DNA from: Heptranchias perlo
Lineage: Eukaryota
Assembly (NCBI RefSeq): GCF_035084215.1
Contig: NC_090342.1
Location: 41,230,001 to 41,294,000 of the forward strand
Direction of reading: 5' to 3'
DNA length: 64,000 nt
Both the position numbers and the translations under genes were made by a program. Under the pieces are notes generated by a model. It did no database searches, was not told the DNA's origin, and saw only the letters and a program-made list of their open reading frames with translations. This document shows positions 40,801 to 52,103 of the stretch, one piece after another (the first letter of the stretch is position 1; each line of letters opens with the position of its first letter).

Positions 40801-42978
40801 CAGTATACCTATCATACACATATTTTATGCCAGTGTCAAGAGAATATGGTTTTACAGCTCAGGAATGCTTTTAAAAAAAGATATTTTTCTCCCCGCTTTA
40901 TCTTCAACCCTCTACACAGTCTAGTTGTCATGGACCATTTTCTAGTTGATAGAAAACTACTTACATCAGTGCTACTTCTGTCAATAATGCTCTGTGACTC
41001 ACCATCTGAAGGTATGCCTCAGTCTGAATTATTGATTTCTCCCTCCTTATGTCTGCATTCACTCATCACTTCGACAGACTGGCTGAAATCAGTCACTCGC
41101 CATACAGGGAATCACTGGAAGAGGACTAGCATAACAATGCGGTTTGAACACTAAAATCTCCAACATTTTCTTCACATATCATGTGGCTTCTCTTAATGTA
41201 CTGTTCTTAGTGGCATTTTGTTGATATAGCAAACAAAAATTAATGAATATAATTTATATTTGTCATGTGTGTGGAACAATGTATCGCACAAGAGTCTACA
41301 AATTCTCTTTTATAGAATGCACAAGATGAAAATATCAAGGGTACAAAGACCCTGTCTAAACATTCCTCCATAGGATAGGTCTCATATCAATTCTCCGATG
41401 CAACTTTTCCTCACAGTATGGCATTACATGAAGGCCATAAGCTCATTGTGTAGTGCTAGTTATGTACAATTATTGTAACAACTAAATGTTTCAACTATAT
41501 CCCTGCAAGTACTAATATTTGCAGACTGGGGTAATCTATGTACCTGCTTCGAATGGGATTTTAATTTTCTTTAATTTATGGTCAAACTGAACAGGCATTG
41601 AAACAAATATTGAAAGGGAAAGAAACAAATAAAAACTAGGAGAGAGAAAAAATAGTCGGGGGGGGGCAGCTGGCGGTAAGAATTTAAATGGCCACAAGAA
41701 TAAAATCACTTTTTCCCCCCTATTTTTATTGGCACTACACTTTGACTTTGAAATCCATGCATTGTGTCTGTGGACCAGCAATTCCGAAAAGATATCAAAC
41801 CTGAAAAAACGAGAGTCGGCTCTTGCATTGAAGAATACACCAGAATAAAAGTGGTCATGAATAAAATCATTTTTTCCTTTGAACTTTCAAGAGGTTCAAC
41901 ATACTTAGTTGCAGTGCATACACTTGCGATGGTAAAGGCCAGCTATTCAGGCTTTACCCCTTTTAAATAGATTTGTAGCTAAAGTGTAAAAGGTTTCCTA
42001 CCTCAAAAAACAGCGTCAATTTTTCTTATAAAAAAATACACTACAACCAAAATCATTACAACTATATTTTGATGTCCAGTGGCTTTATAAAATAATTTTT
42101 ACTGGCCTAATCACTTCCTAATGTTGCCAGCACTGCTATTTAGAATGACAATTCCAAGTACCTATGCCAACCCAACATGCAATTAGTGCACAACCACCTT
42201 TATTTTTATTTAAATAATCAGGACTTAGAAGCCACTAAATAAAATGGATTCCACTGCTGAGAAATATGAAGGGTACATTCAATACAACACTGGCCAAAAT
42301 TAAATGTTAGAAAGAATTACAGATACTCTTTCCTCAAAATATTCATTTGAGCACTATCCTAGGGAGGACTGGTATGAAAGAACTGCTGATCCCAGACAGT
42401 GGAGCAAATAAATTGACACTTCCCACTGGAGGCACAAGATTCTACTGTTGAAAACTCCATTTTTACATAGCTCTCTCACTGTGTCGGGCACAGGAACTCC
42501 TTCGAGTCAGTTACATCTAGCAATCTAAATTACCGTTTAGTGAAAAATATCATATAGCATTTGTAATGCTGAATTTCAGTGGTTGTGATCTGTAGAAGTC
42601 TATATTAAATAAGTCACAAATATTAAAATAGTGCAAAATTAATAAGTTTGTACGTTTGGCAACGTTATAAATATCGACTTTTATATAGCAAATTTAGAAA
42701 ATGTTCTAAGCTACTTCACAGAGAAGAAATGGATGACGAACGTTTGGGGAAAGGTTGAGAGAGGACTGTAAGCACAGAGAAAGGTTTTGACGATGCTTTT
42801 CAAGGCAGGGAGAGAAGAAACAAGCGCTTAGGGAGGGATTCTACTGATGGGTGAAAACTGCCATTAAAATGGAGCAGAGGAGTTGTGCAGCACATGAGTC
42901 AAATGGGATATAGAGCAGAAAGAGGTTAAAGGAATGCGGGAACCAATGATGTTGATTCTGAATGCTGCATTAATGCAA

Positions 42979-43155
42979 TTGTAAACAATTTTACAACACC
43001 AAGTTATAGTCCAACAATTTTATTTTAAAATCCACAAGCTTTCGGAGGCTTCCTCCTTCCTCAGGTGAATGTGGAAATGAAATCCTCGAACCTATCGCAC
43101 TTATAAATCACAGAACAATGCCTGGTGATTACAGATAGTCTTTTCAACTGCCCCT
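42979..43155 (-). mobile_element. Penelope-like terminal-repeat fragment with hammerhead and 13-bp target-site duplication
   Basis: Flanked by TGCATTAATGCAA at 42966-42978 and 43156-43168; shares ~90 nt with the 45051 element. Confidence 0.8.
43030..43070 (-). ncRNA. Minimal type-I hammerhead ribozyme motif (sense to PARVB pre-mRNA)
   Basis: Reverse complement AUUCAC CUGAGGA A GGAGG AAG CCUCC GAA AGCU U GUGGAU; differences from the other copies fall in loop II and a tolerated U-G pair in stem I. Confidence 0.75.
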
Positions 43156-43287
43156 TGCATTAATGCAAGGAAGCCAACAGAGGTTGGTGAGGAAAGTGAT
43201 GGTGAGCTTGCAGCAGAAATTCAGACGAGTTAGTGCATGGCAAAGCAAACATTGGAGAAGTCAAGTTTAGTGGTAACCAAAGATAAG

Positions 43288-43529
43288 GGGGGTGATTTTA
43301 AATCCCAAGAATGGGTGGGATGGGGGCAGGTGGGAGTTGAAATCAGTTGTTTTTCGGGTCACAACCGCAAAATCTTTGGATTTGGCATTCCCAGTGGGAA
43401 GCCTGTACTTTTCCGTGGCGACGTTAAACCCGGAAATAAAGCCGGGTTGCGGTCCTGACCCAAAAAACAACTGTCTTCAACTCCCACCCGCCCCCAACCC
43501 ACCTCTTCTTGGGGTTTAAAATCACCCCC
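43288..43529. mobile_element. MITE with ~80-bp terminal inverted repeats and 3-bp TSD (PIF/Harbinger-like)
   Basis: GGGGGTGATTTTAAA...CAACCGCAA mirrored by TTGCGGT...TTTAAAATCACCCCC; AAG on both flanks; interrupts an old L2-like remnant. Confidence 0.8.
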
Positions 43530-45138
43530 AAGGATTTTGGCTGTGCTCGAGGTAAGGTAAGGGCAGGGGTGGGTGCTGCGGTGGAAGTAAGCCATCTTGG
43601 TGATAGATCGGATAGTGGATTTCAAACTTAATTCAGAGTTGAAAAGAGCAATGAGGATGCGGGGGAAACTGAGTGTGGAGCTGAGTAGACTTTAGACAGG
43701 AAAGGGAGGTTAAAAATAAGGAACTCAATATAGAAAATGGGAGCAATCAATTTACTTCACAGGCATTTGAAAACTTCAACTTGTGAATAAAGCCTACGAT
43801 TATTAATTAATTCAGTACAACTAGGTTATTCACCATTTTGGAAATTCCAATTTTGTGTTTTCATCTAAACATTTATCTGTGAGCACTTTTCAGTTTATTT
43901 AGCATAAAGCTACATTCAGACACACTTCAAATACTAACTTGCAATTATAACAGACACTACTAATAAGGGTGGTGTGCACAGCTACAACTTGCTGGAGGGC
44001 AGTACTGATGGGTTGCTCAACCAACTGTGATCTCCAACCAAGTGCGCATGTACAACATTAACCTAGCTAGAAAGGCTTGTATCTACTCAGTCTTATCTTA
44101 CAGAATCACTTCCTTTTTCATTCATGCAACAAACTCATTTTGTACTTTTTCTACAAAATTTCTCTTTTTAAACTTACTGAGAAACACCAGCTGGGAAAAT
44201 ACAGCTGTGGTTTATTTGGTCACCTATACTGAAAATATTTAGTCTGTCAGAGTAGCGGGAGCACCACTTTACTTGTAATTTCTCTCTTTTAAATTGATAT
44301 TTTTAATTCAGCAAACCTGCTGTCATCCACACCAAATAAAGTAATGAAATTCCTTAACATAATGACCGCAGCATAAGCAAGTGTATTGTATACTATTTCA
44401 GCTGATGCAAAGGAAATCAGAGGTGTGGTTGTGTGTGGAATTTATTGGGTGGGGGGTTGGGGGGCTTAGCGGAAGAGAGGGGTTAATGCCTCAGAGTCAG
44501 GGGTCATAATTATTTCCTTAGAACCTCAATTTATCCCTTAGAAAAAAAAAGCGAAGTATATTTTGAAAAAAAAGACTTGTATTTTACATTGCGCCTTATT
44601 ACTTCTCTCAGAAAGTCTCAAAGTGCTTCACATGCAATGAATCACGACAAAGTGCGGTCACCAGTATTACATGGGTATTTCAGGTGCTTATGTGCACCCA
44701 AATGCAGTCATTTGAAACCAAGATCATGTCAACTGTTTGCCTAGCTGAAGTATTATAATCAGGATACTTTTTTTCTGGGTTTAAAGAGAGAACATTGTTA
44801 ATGAAATGTACCTTACTGAATGTAATCTGGGAGTTTGTATTCTGTACAGTCTTGCATTGAAAATAGGGACAAAATATTTTTCAATTATCAATGCATTTCC
44901 CACTTTACCTTTAACGTCCTAGCACCTCTTGGAAGGTCATAGGCAGGGCTGGTGAACCATCGGTATTTCTGCTTTTAATGATAGTCAAATATTTTTCAGT
45001 ACTTCTGCTCTTAATCTTTTATACTCAAAAACAATGACTCCAATTAGGGATGATGTGGAGATGCCAGTGATGGACTGGGGTTGACAATTGTAAACAATTT
45101 TACAACACCAAGTTATAGTCCAGCAATTTTATTTTAAA

Positions 45139-45177
45139 TTTACAAGCTTTCGGAGGCTACCTCCTTCCTCAGGTGAA
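45139..45177 (-). ncRNA. Minimal type-I hammerhead ribozyme motif, mirror copy (sense to PARVB pre-mRNA)
   Basis: Reverse complement UUCAC CUGAGGA A GGAGG UAG CCUCC GAA AGCU U GUAAA; one stem I mismatch. Confidence 0.68.
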
Positions 45178-45191
45178 CGATGTGCACATCG

Positions 45192-45230
45192 TTCACCTGA
45201 GGAAGGAGGTAGCCTCCGAAAGCTTGTGAA
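45192..45230 (+). ncRNA. Minimal type-I hammerhead ribozyme motif (Penelope-type)
   Basis: UUCAC CUGAGGA A GGAGG UAG CCUCC GAA AGCU U GUGAA: core CUGANGA and GAAA, 5-bp stem II, stem I UUCAC/GUGAA, palindromic AGCU in place of stem III; activity untested. Confidence 0.75.
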
Positions 45231-45499
45231 TTTAAAATAAAATTGCTGGACTATAACTTGGTGTTGTAAAATTGTTTACAATTGTCAACCCCAGTCCATC
45301 ACCAACTAAAATTCTGAATAGATTTTTCATTTAAAAATAATTAAGTTGTAAAAAGTGTAGTTTCATAAGGAGTAATTAAGGATAAGAAGCACTGCGAGCC
45401 TTTGTCCTTAAGTATTTAAAGCTCCTCCTAGTCACTCTATGTGCTAGTCAAATTGGGATCATTATGTAATAACAGCCACATAATTGCCCAGTTCAACAG

Positions 45500-46320
45500 C
45501 ACTTATCCCACTTTTAGACACTTCATTATCTAACAACCTTCCCAACTCTTCAAAATCCTCACTGTTTTCCTACTATCGCCCACCCATTTTTGCGTCCCCT
45601 ACGGAAATATCCTCCCTCTCTCCCCACTTGTCTTTGCACTGAGCGACTCCTCATCCGTGGCAATTTAATCTCCACCTGATTCATCCCACTCCATTTCTTC
45701 AGATTTCAGTCCCCCCTCCTCAGTCAACCTCTCTCATCACAATAGTTCTGTAACCTATATGCACTGCCACCTTCTTCACCTATGACAACTCAAAGATTTC
45801 AATTACCAAGTCATTTCTGATCATTTTCCCCAAACAATTCCCCTCTGCCCCTAGCCCCTCCACTCTCTCTACACTTCGGAAAAAAAACCTCAGTATTCTT
45901 ACTAGTGCCCTCTCTATCTCCTGACTCCTCCTCTTACGGTATGCCATCCGTGCTAACATTGACAGTTCCTTTGATTTGTTCCACAACTGCCTTGCCTCCA
46001 CTTTCAATGCCGTCATCCTGACAGATCCTAGTCATTCTCCCATCCCCAACACTCCCTTCATGGACTCAAATCTGTGATCCGCTGACTGGAACATACGTGG
46101 CATAGGATCAGTCTGGCTATTCACTGCCAAATCTGGTTAAACCACCAAGCAATACTGCCACTCCATCTCTGTAGTCAAATCCACCAATTACTCCAGATCA
46201 TCATGGAGATCAGGAACAACCACAGAATCCTTTTCTCTACCATGAACCACCTCTTCCAATCTTCCTCCATCCATCCTCACCCCCTATCCTAAATGGACTT
46301 ATTTGCTTTGCAGTATCAAG
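45500..46320 (+). mobile_element. Old L2-type LINE remnant
   Basis: C/T-rich strand resembling the reverse complement of 18370-19500. Confidence 0.55.
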
Positions 46321-49256
46321 GATCATTACTCATCCACCTTTGCTTCCTGTTACAATTCTGGATTTTTCCCTACAAAGCTTTTATCTTAGGCCCAAGCTAA
46401 AGAGGTAAATTCTGTAAGCAAACCAAATCTTGTGAACTGAAATCTGTGCCTTTATACATACAGCTAGTGGAATAACGTGGTATGGGACTCACAATTACCC
46501 CTAATTACGATACAATGCACAGGAGGACCCCACTTTCTCTATCTTCTTCAAAAGGTAGTAAATACCACATTGTCATACAATTATGTTGGGGCAAACACTA
46601 ACTGTACAAATTATTTACAAGTAAAATACTTAGAAAGAAACATAAGAAACTTGAAATACAATTTTTAAAACAATAAAGGCAGAATCAGTCCACGAAGGGT
46701 TAACATATCCTCTTTAGCATGGACTTCTCACAAAGTCTGCTAATCTGAGACACTTTTGGGCAAAACAATCTTTCAAAAACTTCCTAACACAACTTTATGA
46801 GTGAATGACATTAGGTCAACTTCATAAGTGAAATGAAATGAAAAGAAAAGCTGAGTAACTGGGGCAGTGATTTTTTTTTAATGCCAAAAAGAAGTCTTTC
46901 ACAGGTGTGAATGTTGATCTTTCTCCCAAGCTTAATTGCTTGATAGGTCTTGTCAGAGATAATTAATTCATCTCTTCTCTCAGCCTTCAGGCTTGCATAC
47001 ATCCCATTTCAAAAAGACTTCAGCCACAAACAATCTTTGACTTAATTCATTTCTAAATACAGGCAGTGGCACCTAGCAAGGAAGCTAACCAACTCTCAAT
47101 GAATACGTGAATGATTTCTGGTCAGTTACATATAGTGGCTACCCCCAACAAGAGCCAAAGGGAAACCTTTAACAATACATTTGGCTGAAACTAATGTTAT
47201 ATTTGTATATAACCAAAATAATTTAATATCAAAAACCACCAACCTGTTATAACCCCTTCCCAAAAAGTGGAGCCACCAAAGAAATTCAGTCACATAGTTT
47301 ATGAAGTTATAAACACTTCAGATGTTTCAATATGAATTAGGAGGCATTAATCCAGTCTCAAAGTACATGCGATATTCTTAAATTACTCAGCCTTTACTTT
47401 GGCAACTTATGACTTCATCTGGCCCCCTTGACTATTGCAACTTATGGGTGCATATTTTCTCTACTATATATGGTATAATTTCTTCATTCGGGAAAGCATA
47501 AGCAACATATAGTACAACCAAGATCATGGCACATCAGAGCATGTAACAATGAGAGGGTTTGATAGGGTTCCTCTATTAATGTAAATATTGTGAATGTACA
47601 ATGATGTACTAGAGGCCATGGCATTGTATCAGATATTATAATTCAGTTTGTCCCAACATTCTTTACTCATGTAAAAAGACGGCTTTCATAAACAGATCCA
47701 CACCTCTGGTGAACTGCAAATCAGCCTTATGCGTGCATAGAATGGGATATTTGTTATGCCTCAGGGCTAACAATCTACCCTTTTACCACCAAAGTGTACT
47801 AAAATGGATGTAGTGTGGACCACCCACCATTTACCTCTGATCTCTCCAATAACTTGAAAAGCACCACACTGAGAGTGCACAGCTCAACTGTAAAACTACA
47901 AATTCAAGTTTATTCCAAGAAATATGCACAGAAGTTAAATAAGAAAATAATTTTCCCTGGTATATTAAACTGGTTTGAGTTTAACAAATATTTCAGAATA
48001 CTTAAAAGAGACCTTTAACAGAGTTGTAGATGATGCAAAAATAGGCTCTGGACATGATGCAGTCCCTTTCTTGTCGCAGTGACTTAAGACTTGCAGTTTC
48101 CAGCTGAAATCAAGGCACTAAAACTGCCACAGTCACGCCTGGTTCTGGCAGCTTACACATATCTCAGAAAAAGAGTCCTTCCTTATTAAGCAACTTTCTT
48201 TGTAAAAAGTCCCAGATCCCATCTCAAAAGCAGGGAAACATGTTTTGAATTAATCATATCTTCCAGCAGTCAGAACGTGAAACACCAGCTTTTGACAACC
48301 TGGACGGATGCTAAATCATCTAATTCTTGATAGGCATTAAAATAACTTGGTCCTGTCTATTGTCGAAGTGGTAATCTAACACATTAACATTTCACAAACT
48401 GAAGGTATGCGTCTGAAATCTATAAAATGACCAACCCATTTCCTTCAAAGGATCCATAATTTGATTAACTATTGTGCAAAATTACTGGCCCTTCAAAGTT
48501 TTCACAGCCAGGTCAGAATTTGTGTTATGTGATGTTCCCAGAATCATGTATTCACTTGACCTGCAAGCTTACAAAGGAATCCCTAACAAGAACAGCAGTT
48601 GTCCGTGTAAATTTAACAACATGACCCAGTTAAAACTTCTTATAAAAATACAATGTTCAAATTTTACCACTTAAAGCAGGTCAGGTCTCAGTTCTGTCAT
48701 AGAGCTTTCTACACGAAGAGATTAACATTCTAGACAAATCATTTTCTTTTTGATGAATTTTAAAATACAAAGAGAAAATGTGAGTACAAATGTAGTCTCT
48801 TTCCTCCTACTGGTACATATGCAATATTAAAATAGCATTACTTTCAGGATTAAGAAGCAACATTTTTAAAAAATCTGTGTGGAAACAAAACTAGAAATAG
48901 GGTAGCTCTTTAAATGCAACCAATTAAAAACAAAATTATCGGTATTTAATGTATCAAAACGAGGAAAGGGGATAAATCTGGCTTTAGAAAGCAATTTAAA
49001 GCTAAAACAACAGAGATGCACAATTTCTACGCTCAAAATCCTCCTTCCTAATCCAGTAATGCAGGACATTTACAGAACTGAAGATATTTTAACTTTTTTT
49101 TAAATCAAGACATTTAACAGAGAAAAGCTAACCCGTCTTCCTCGCTCAGTCTTCTGTGTGCCTGACCCTGTGATTTTATTACTTTTATTAGACAGCTCTG
49201 CCCCCCGTCCCTCCTCTCCATGCCCTGGCGGTGGCTCCTGCCATCAGGCGCCTCAC

Positions 49257-49374
49257 CTTCTTTGGCCTTTTTCTTTCTCACCAATGTTCCTCCCAGCTTT
49301 CCCAGAAACGATTCGTCCTTCTTCATCCTGCTGGTTTGCTGGATGGTCTGGGACCTGACCGGTGTTGTAGCCAT
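49257..49374 (-). CDS. PARVB: Beta-parvin exon 1 (start codon)
   Basis: Kozak gcaccATGG; MATTPVRSQTIQQTSRMKKDESFLGKLGGTLVRKKKAKE, then G|gtgag; 118 nt. KKDESFLGKLGGTL is the parvin N-terminal motif; adjacency to SAMM50 matches known vertebrate PARVB synteny. Confidence 0.96.
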
Positions 49375-49570
49375 GGTGCTGCTTCTGACTTACTACCGCA
49401 GGTCACAACTCCTCCCTCGCTCCCTCGATACGGTCTCCAGGAGCCGCAGGAACAGGATGTGGGTAACCGCCGCCAGCCCTCAAGACCCAGCTTGGCGACA
49501 TTCCCACTGCAGCGCCCCCCGCGGCGGCGGCGGCAGGCGCCTGGGAATCAACGCCGCTGATCCTAGATTT
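49375..49570 (-). promoter_or_regulatory. PARVB: GC/CpG-rich PARVB 5' UTR and proximal promoter
   Basis: Abrupt GC- and CpG-rich patch with a (GCC)4 run directly upstream of the ATG in AT-rich surroundings; TSS not determinable. Confidence 0.6.
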
Positions 49571-49809
49571 TAATTCCACCGTTGTCCTCTCAACCCCTTA
49601 TCCTTCCCTTCCCAATACCAAAAAGAGTTTCTCTTTACTGGTAGTTTATAGTCGTTCACCAGATCGCACAAGATACTTACGCATGAGGAAGGCCATTCGT
49701 CCCATCTTAATTCATCTACCCAGAACCAGCCTAGGCTCCCCCATTGCTGCTTCTAATTGCTTCTCGAATGGTTTTTGCCTCTATTACTGAGTGGAACTCC
49801 ATTCAGAGC

Positions 49810-50168
49810 TGGGTTGCCAACCCTCTAGGATTGTCCTGAAGTCTCCAGGAATTAAAGATTAATCTCCTTGACATTGCTGCAAGCAACCCAAGAGAAAAAT
49901 CATCATAGGGGCATTAAAACAGTGTATTCCCCCCCCCCCCCCCCCACATTTTCTTTCAACACTTTTGTTTGAGTAATAAAAATATTGGATGTGGGGAAAA
50001 AAGACTATTTAACTTGAGAAGGTAGGAGGCAGCAAGTCATGTGAAGAAACCTCCACAAATATGTCCAACCAGAGTTCACGTGTAATGGAGGAACATGCAT
50101 CTGACAGGTGCGGGTGCCCCCCCCCCCCCACACCATAAAATTAGGTGGGTCTCTTAGTTGCAACCCTC
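49810..50168. mobile_element. Old non-autonomous DNA transposon remnant (hAT-like termini) upstream of PARVB exon 1
   Basis: Begins GGGTTGCCAAC and ends GTTGCAACCC, an imperfect terminal inverted repeat; superfamily assignment is inference. Confidence 0.45.
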
Positions 50169-51656
50169 CTAAAAAAGGTACTCTGAAGATAAAAATCACA
50201 AGCTACTCTTCTCTAGTAAGTGGCTCAAAAATCTCATGTTAAACTTGAGATAGGACCTGACAATGGACAGATGGACAAATACCACTAACATAAATTTCAC
50301 TATTTTCTTTTCTTCTACATATTGTTTGTAATCATTCGTCTCCAACAGAAAATTAAATAAGGGACATTCTTCCACCTAAAAGATGGATTCATGGATACAA
50401 CTTATAGCTCCAAGTGCTTGTCATGTGTCATAGTCTGCACCTAAATCTGGATGCCATGACATATTTCCTATTTCTACCAAACACTAATTAAAATATATAT
50501 TTAATCAAAGTATGCAGTTATTGCAATTTTAAAGCAGCCACACACATTTTGGTAGAAGACAATCGCATAAATGCAAATCTTTCAATTTATCAGTGGATTA
50601 TTGATATATTTAATGTTTTTAGGTGCTAAGGCAAGTGATCTGTATTCTAGAATAGAAGTTTTCTCACCTTTAACACTCATGTCATGTTAAGCTTCCATTT
50701 GAGTACCCCCTCAAAATACCTTAACCATTAACATTAGAAGAGCTTGCAACTATGTGGAATTTCCATTTCCCCACACCAGCCACCTACAAAGCTTCTCAGT
50801 GAAATTGCCTATTTAGTTCCAAAATAGACAGATATGCTCTGTGTACTAATGTGAAACTCAACCAGCAGAAAGAACCTATCATCACGACAATCTGGGCTGA
50901 ATTTAAGACCAGGCTCCCGCAGTGAAAGCAGTGTTCTGACACACTGGCATGTATATTTATTACTATGTATTTACTTGCATAGGCAATCTGATGTTACATT
51001 AGGAAGGTAATCAGAACCATAATTTTGTTAAATAACAGTGCTCAGGAGCTGCATGCAATATTTCACCTGATTTAATTGTACATTTACTCAAAAATGCTTG
51101 TTCAAGGATCACATCTCACTTGTAAAAAAAAAGCTGCTGTTGGTTCTTCACCTCTCCACCACAAAACACATTTTTCTTTTCCATATCAGTAACGCAGATC
51201 TTATGCTCGTCCAAGACTAAGTCACATTAACATATCCTCCATTTTATGCATTTGAGAACAACTGCCTGCGATTCTTTGAATTCTCAGAGAACCTTGAATA
51301 TTTGAGGCAAAAATATCCAATTCTGGGCCACACAAAAACATTCTTAATTCAAACAGACCCTTCTTTATGCTTACCAGAATCCAAATTTTGAAATAAGTTC
51401 AAGGCACTCGTAACTATAGGTGTAGAAATTCTCATTGACTGCTCACTTAGATGCTGCAAACTGATCATTTAACTCTGCAACTTTACCCTAACCTGCAAAT
51501 TAGATACTGGCCTTCAGTGAGACCCCAAACCAACATTTAAGAAAAAAACCAAAGCATCCATTATCTGAATCCTCAGTATGTGATATTCAATTAAATACTG
51601 TTCAATCACACCTAACATTTCTGTTTTTTTGGTGCCACAATCAAATAAAATGTCCT

Positions 51657-51662
51657 TTTATT
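51657..51662 (-). terminator. Candidate SAMM50 polyadenylation signal AATAAA
   Basis: tttatt on + about 400 nt past the stop, followed on the minus strand by U/GU-rich sequence; other AATAAA at 51899-51904 and 51980-51985, so the site used is unknown. Confidence 0.4.
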
Positions 51663-52057
51663 GAAAGTGCAATATAACTCAATCTTGGTCACAAATGGTA
51701 AGATTTAAAGAACCATGACTTTGAAAGGAGTATCAGATCAGTGTTTCGGAAACCATTTTATAGACATGTTTCTACTTCTCATATCATGGCTTTAATTTTT
51801 TTTTAAAAAAAACATGACTTGAGAACTAAAATGAGCACAATGTTCATTAATAAAATGTGAATTGCCATCAAACAAAAGTGCATAAGGCAGAAATTATATT
51901 TATTTCAAGTTCTTATTGTTCTTGCCTGTGAAGTTTTTTTGTAAAAAAAAAACAGATCCAGTGTCAAATTACAAACAACTTTATTATAATTTTGATAAAG
52001 TACTGGTTTGGTTTCCAATAGTGAAACACGTGTATGCTGCACCTCCTCAAAATGACA

Positions 52058-52103
52058 CTACAGGAACCTTATTCCCGCTCCAAACTGGACACCATCACAT
52101 ATC
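52058..52103 (-). CDS. SAMM50: SAMM50 terminal coding exon (~15), with C-terminal beta-signal and stop
   Basis: gtgcag|G ATA TGT GAT GGT GTC CAG TTT GGA GCG GGA ATA AGG TTC CTG TAG; (R)ICDGVQFGAGIRFL*. Confidence 0.96.

Larger units (their letters stand above)
45051..45303. mobile_element. Penelope-like terminal-repeat insertion forming a 236-bp palindrome
   Basis: 45067-45184 is the reverse complement of 45185-45302 with one mismatch and no spacer; each arm has hammerhead plus AATAAA; absent from the paralogous site at ~59585-59605. Confidence 0.8.
43549..46180. repeat. Inverted segmental duplication, arm A (PARVB intron 1)
   Basis: 43549-45358 aligns by eye to the reverse complement of 59531-61287, and 46070-46180 to the reverse complement of 58082-58195. 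Confidence 0.88.

Noticed and set aside
49114-49256. C-terminal half of ORF 49114..49374
   Set aside because: Read-through into intron 1 after the G|gtgag donor; parvin similarity stops there
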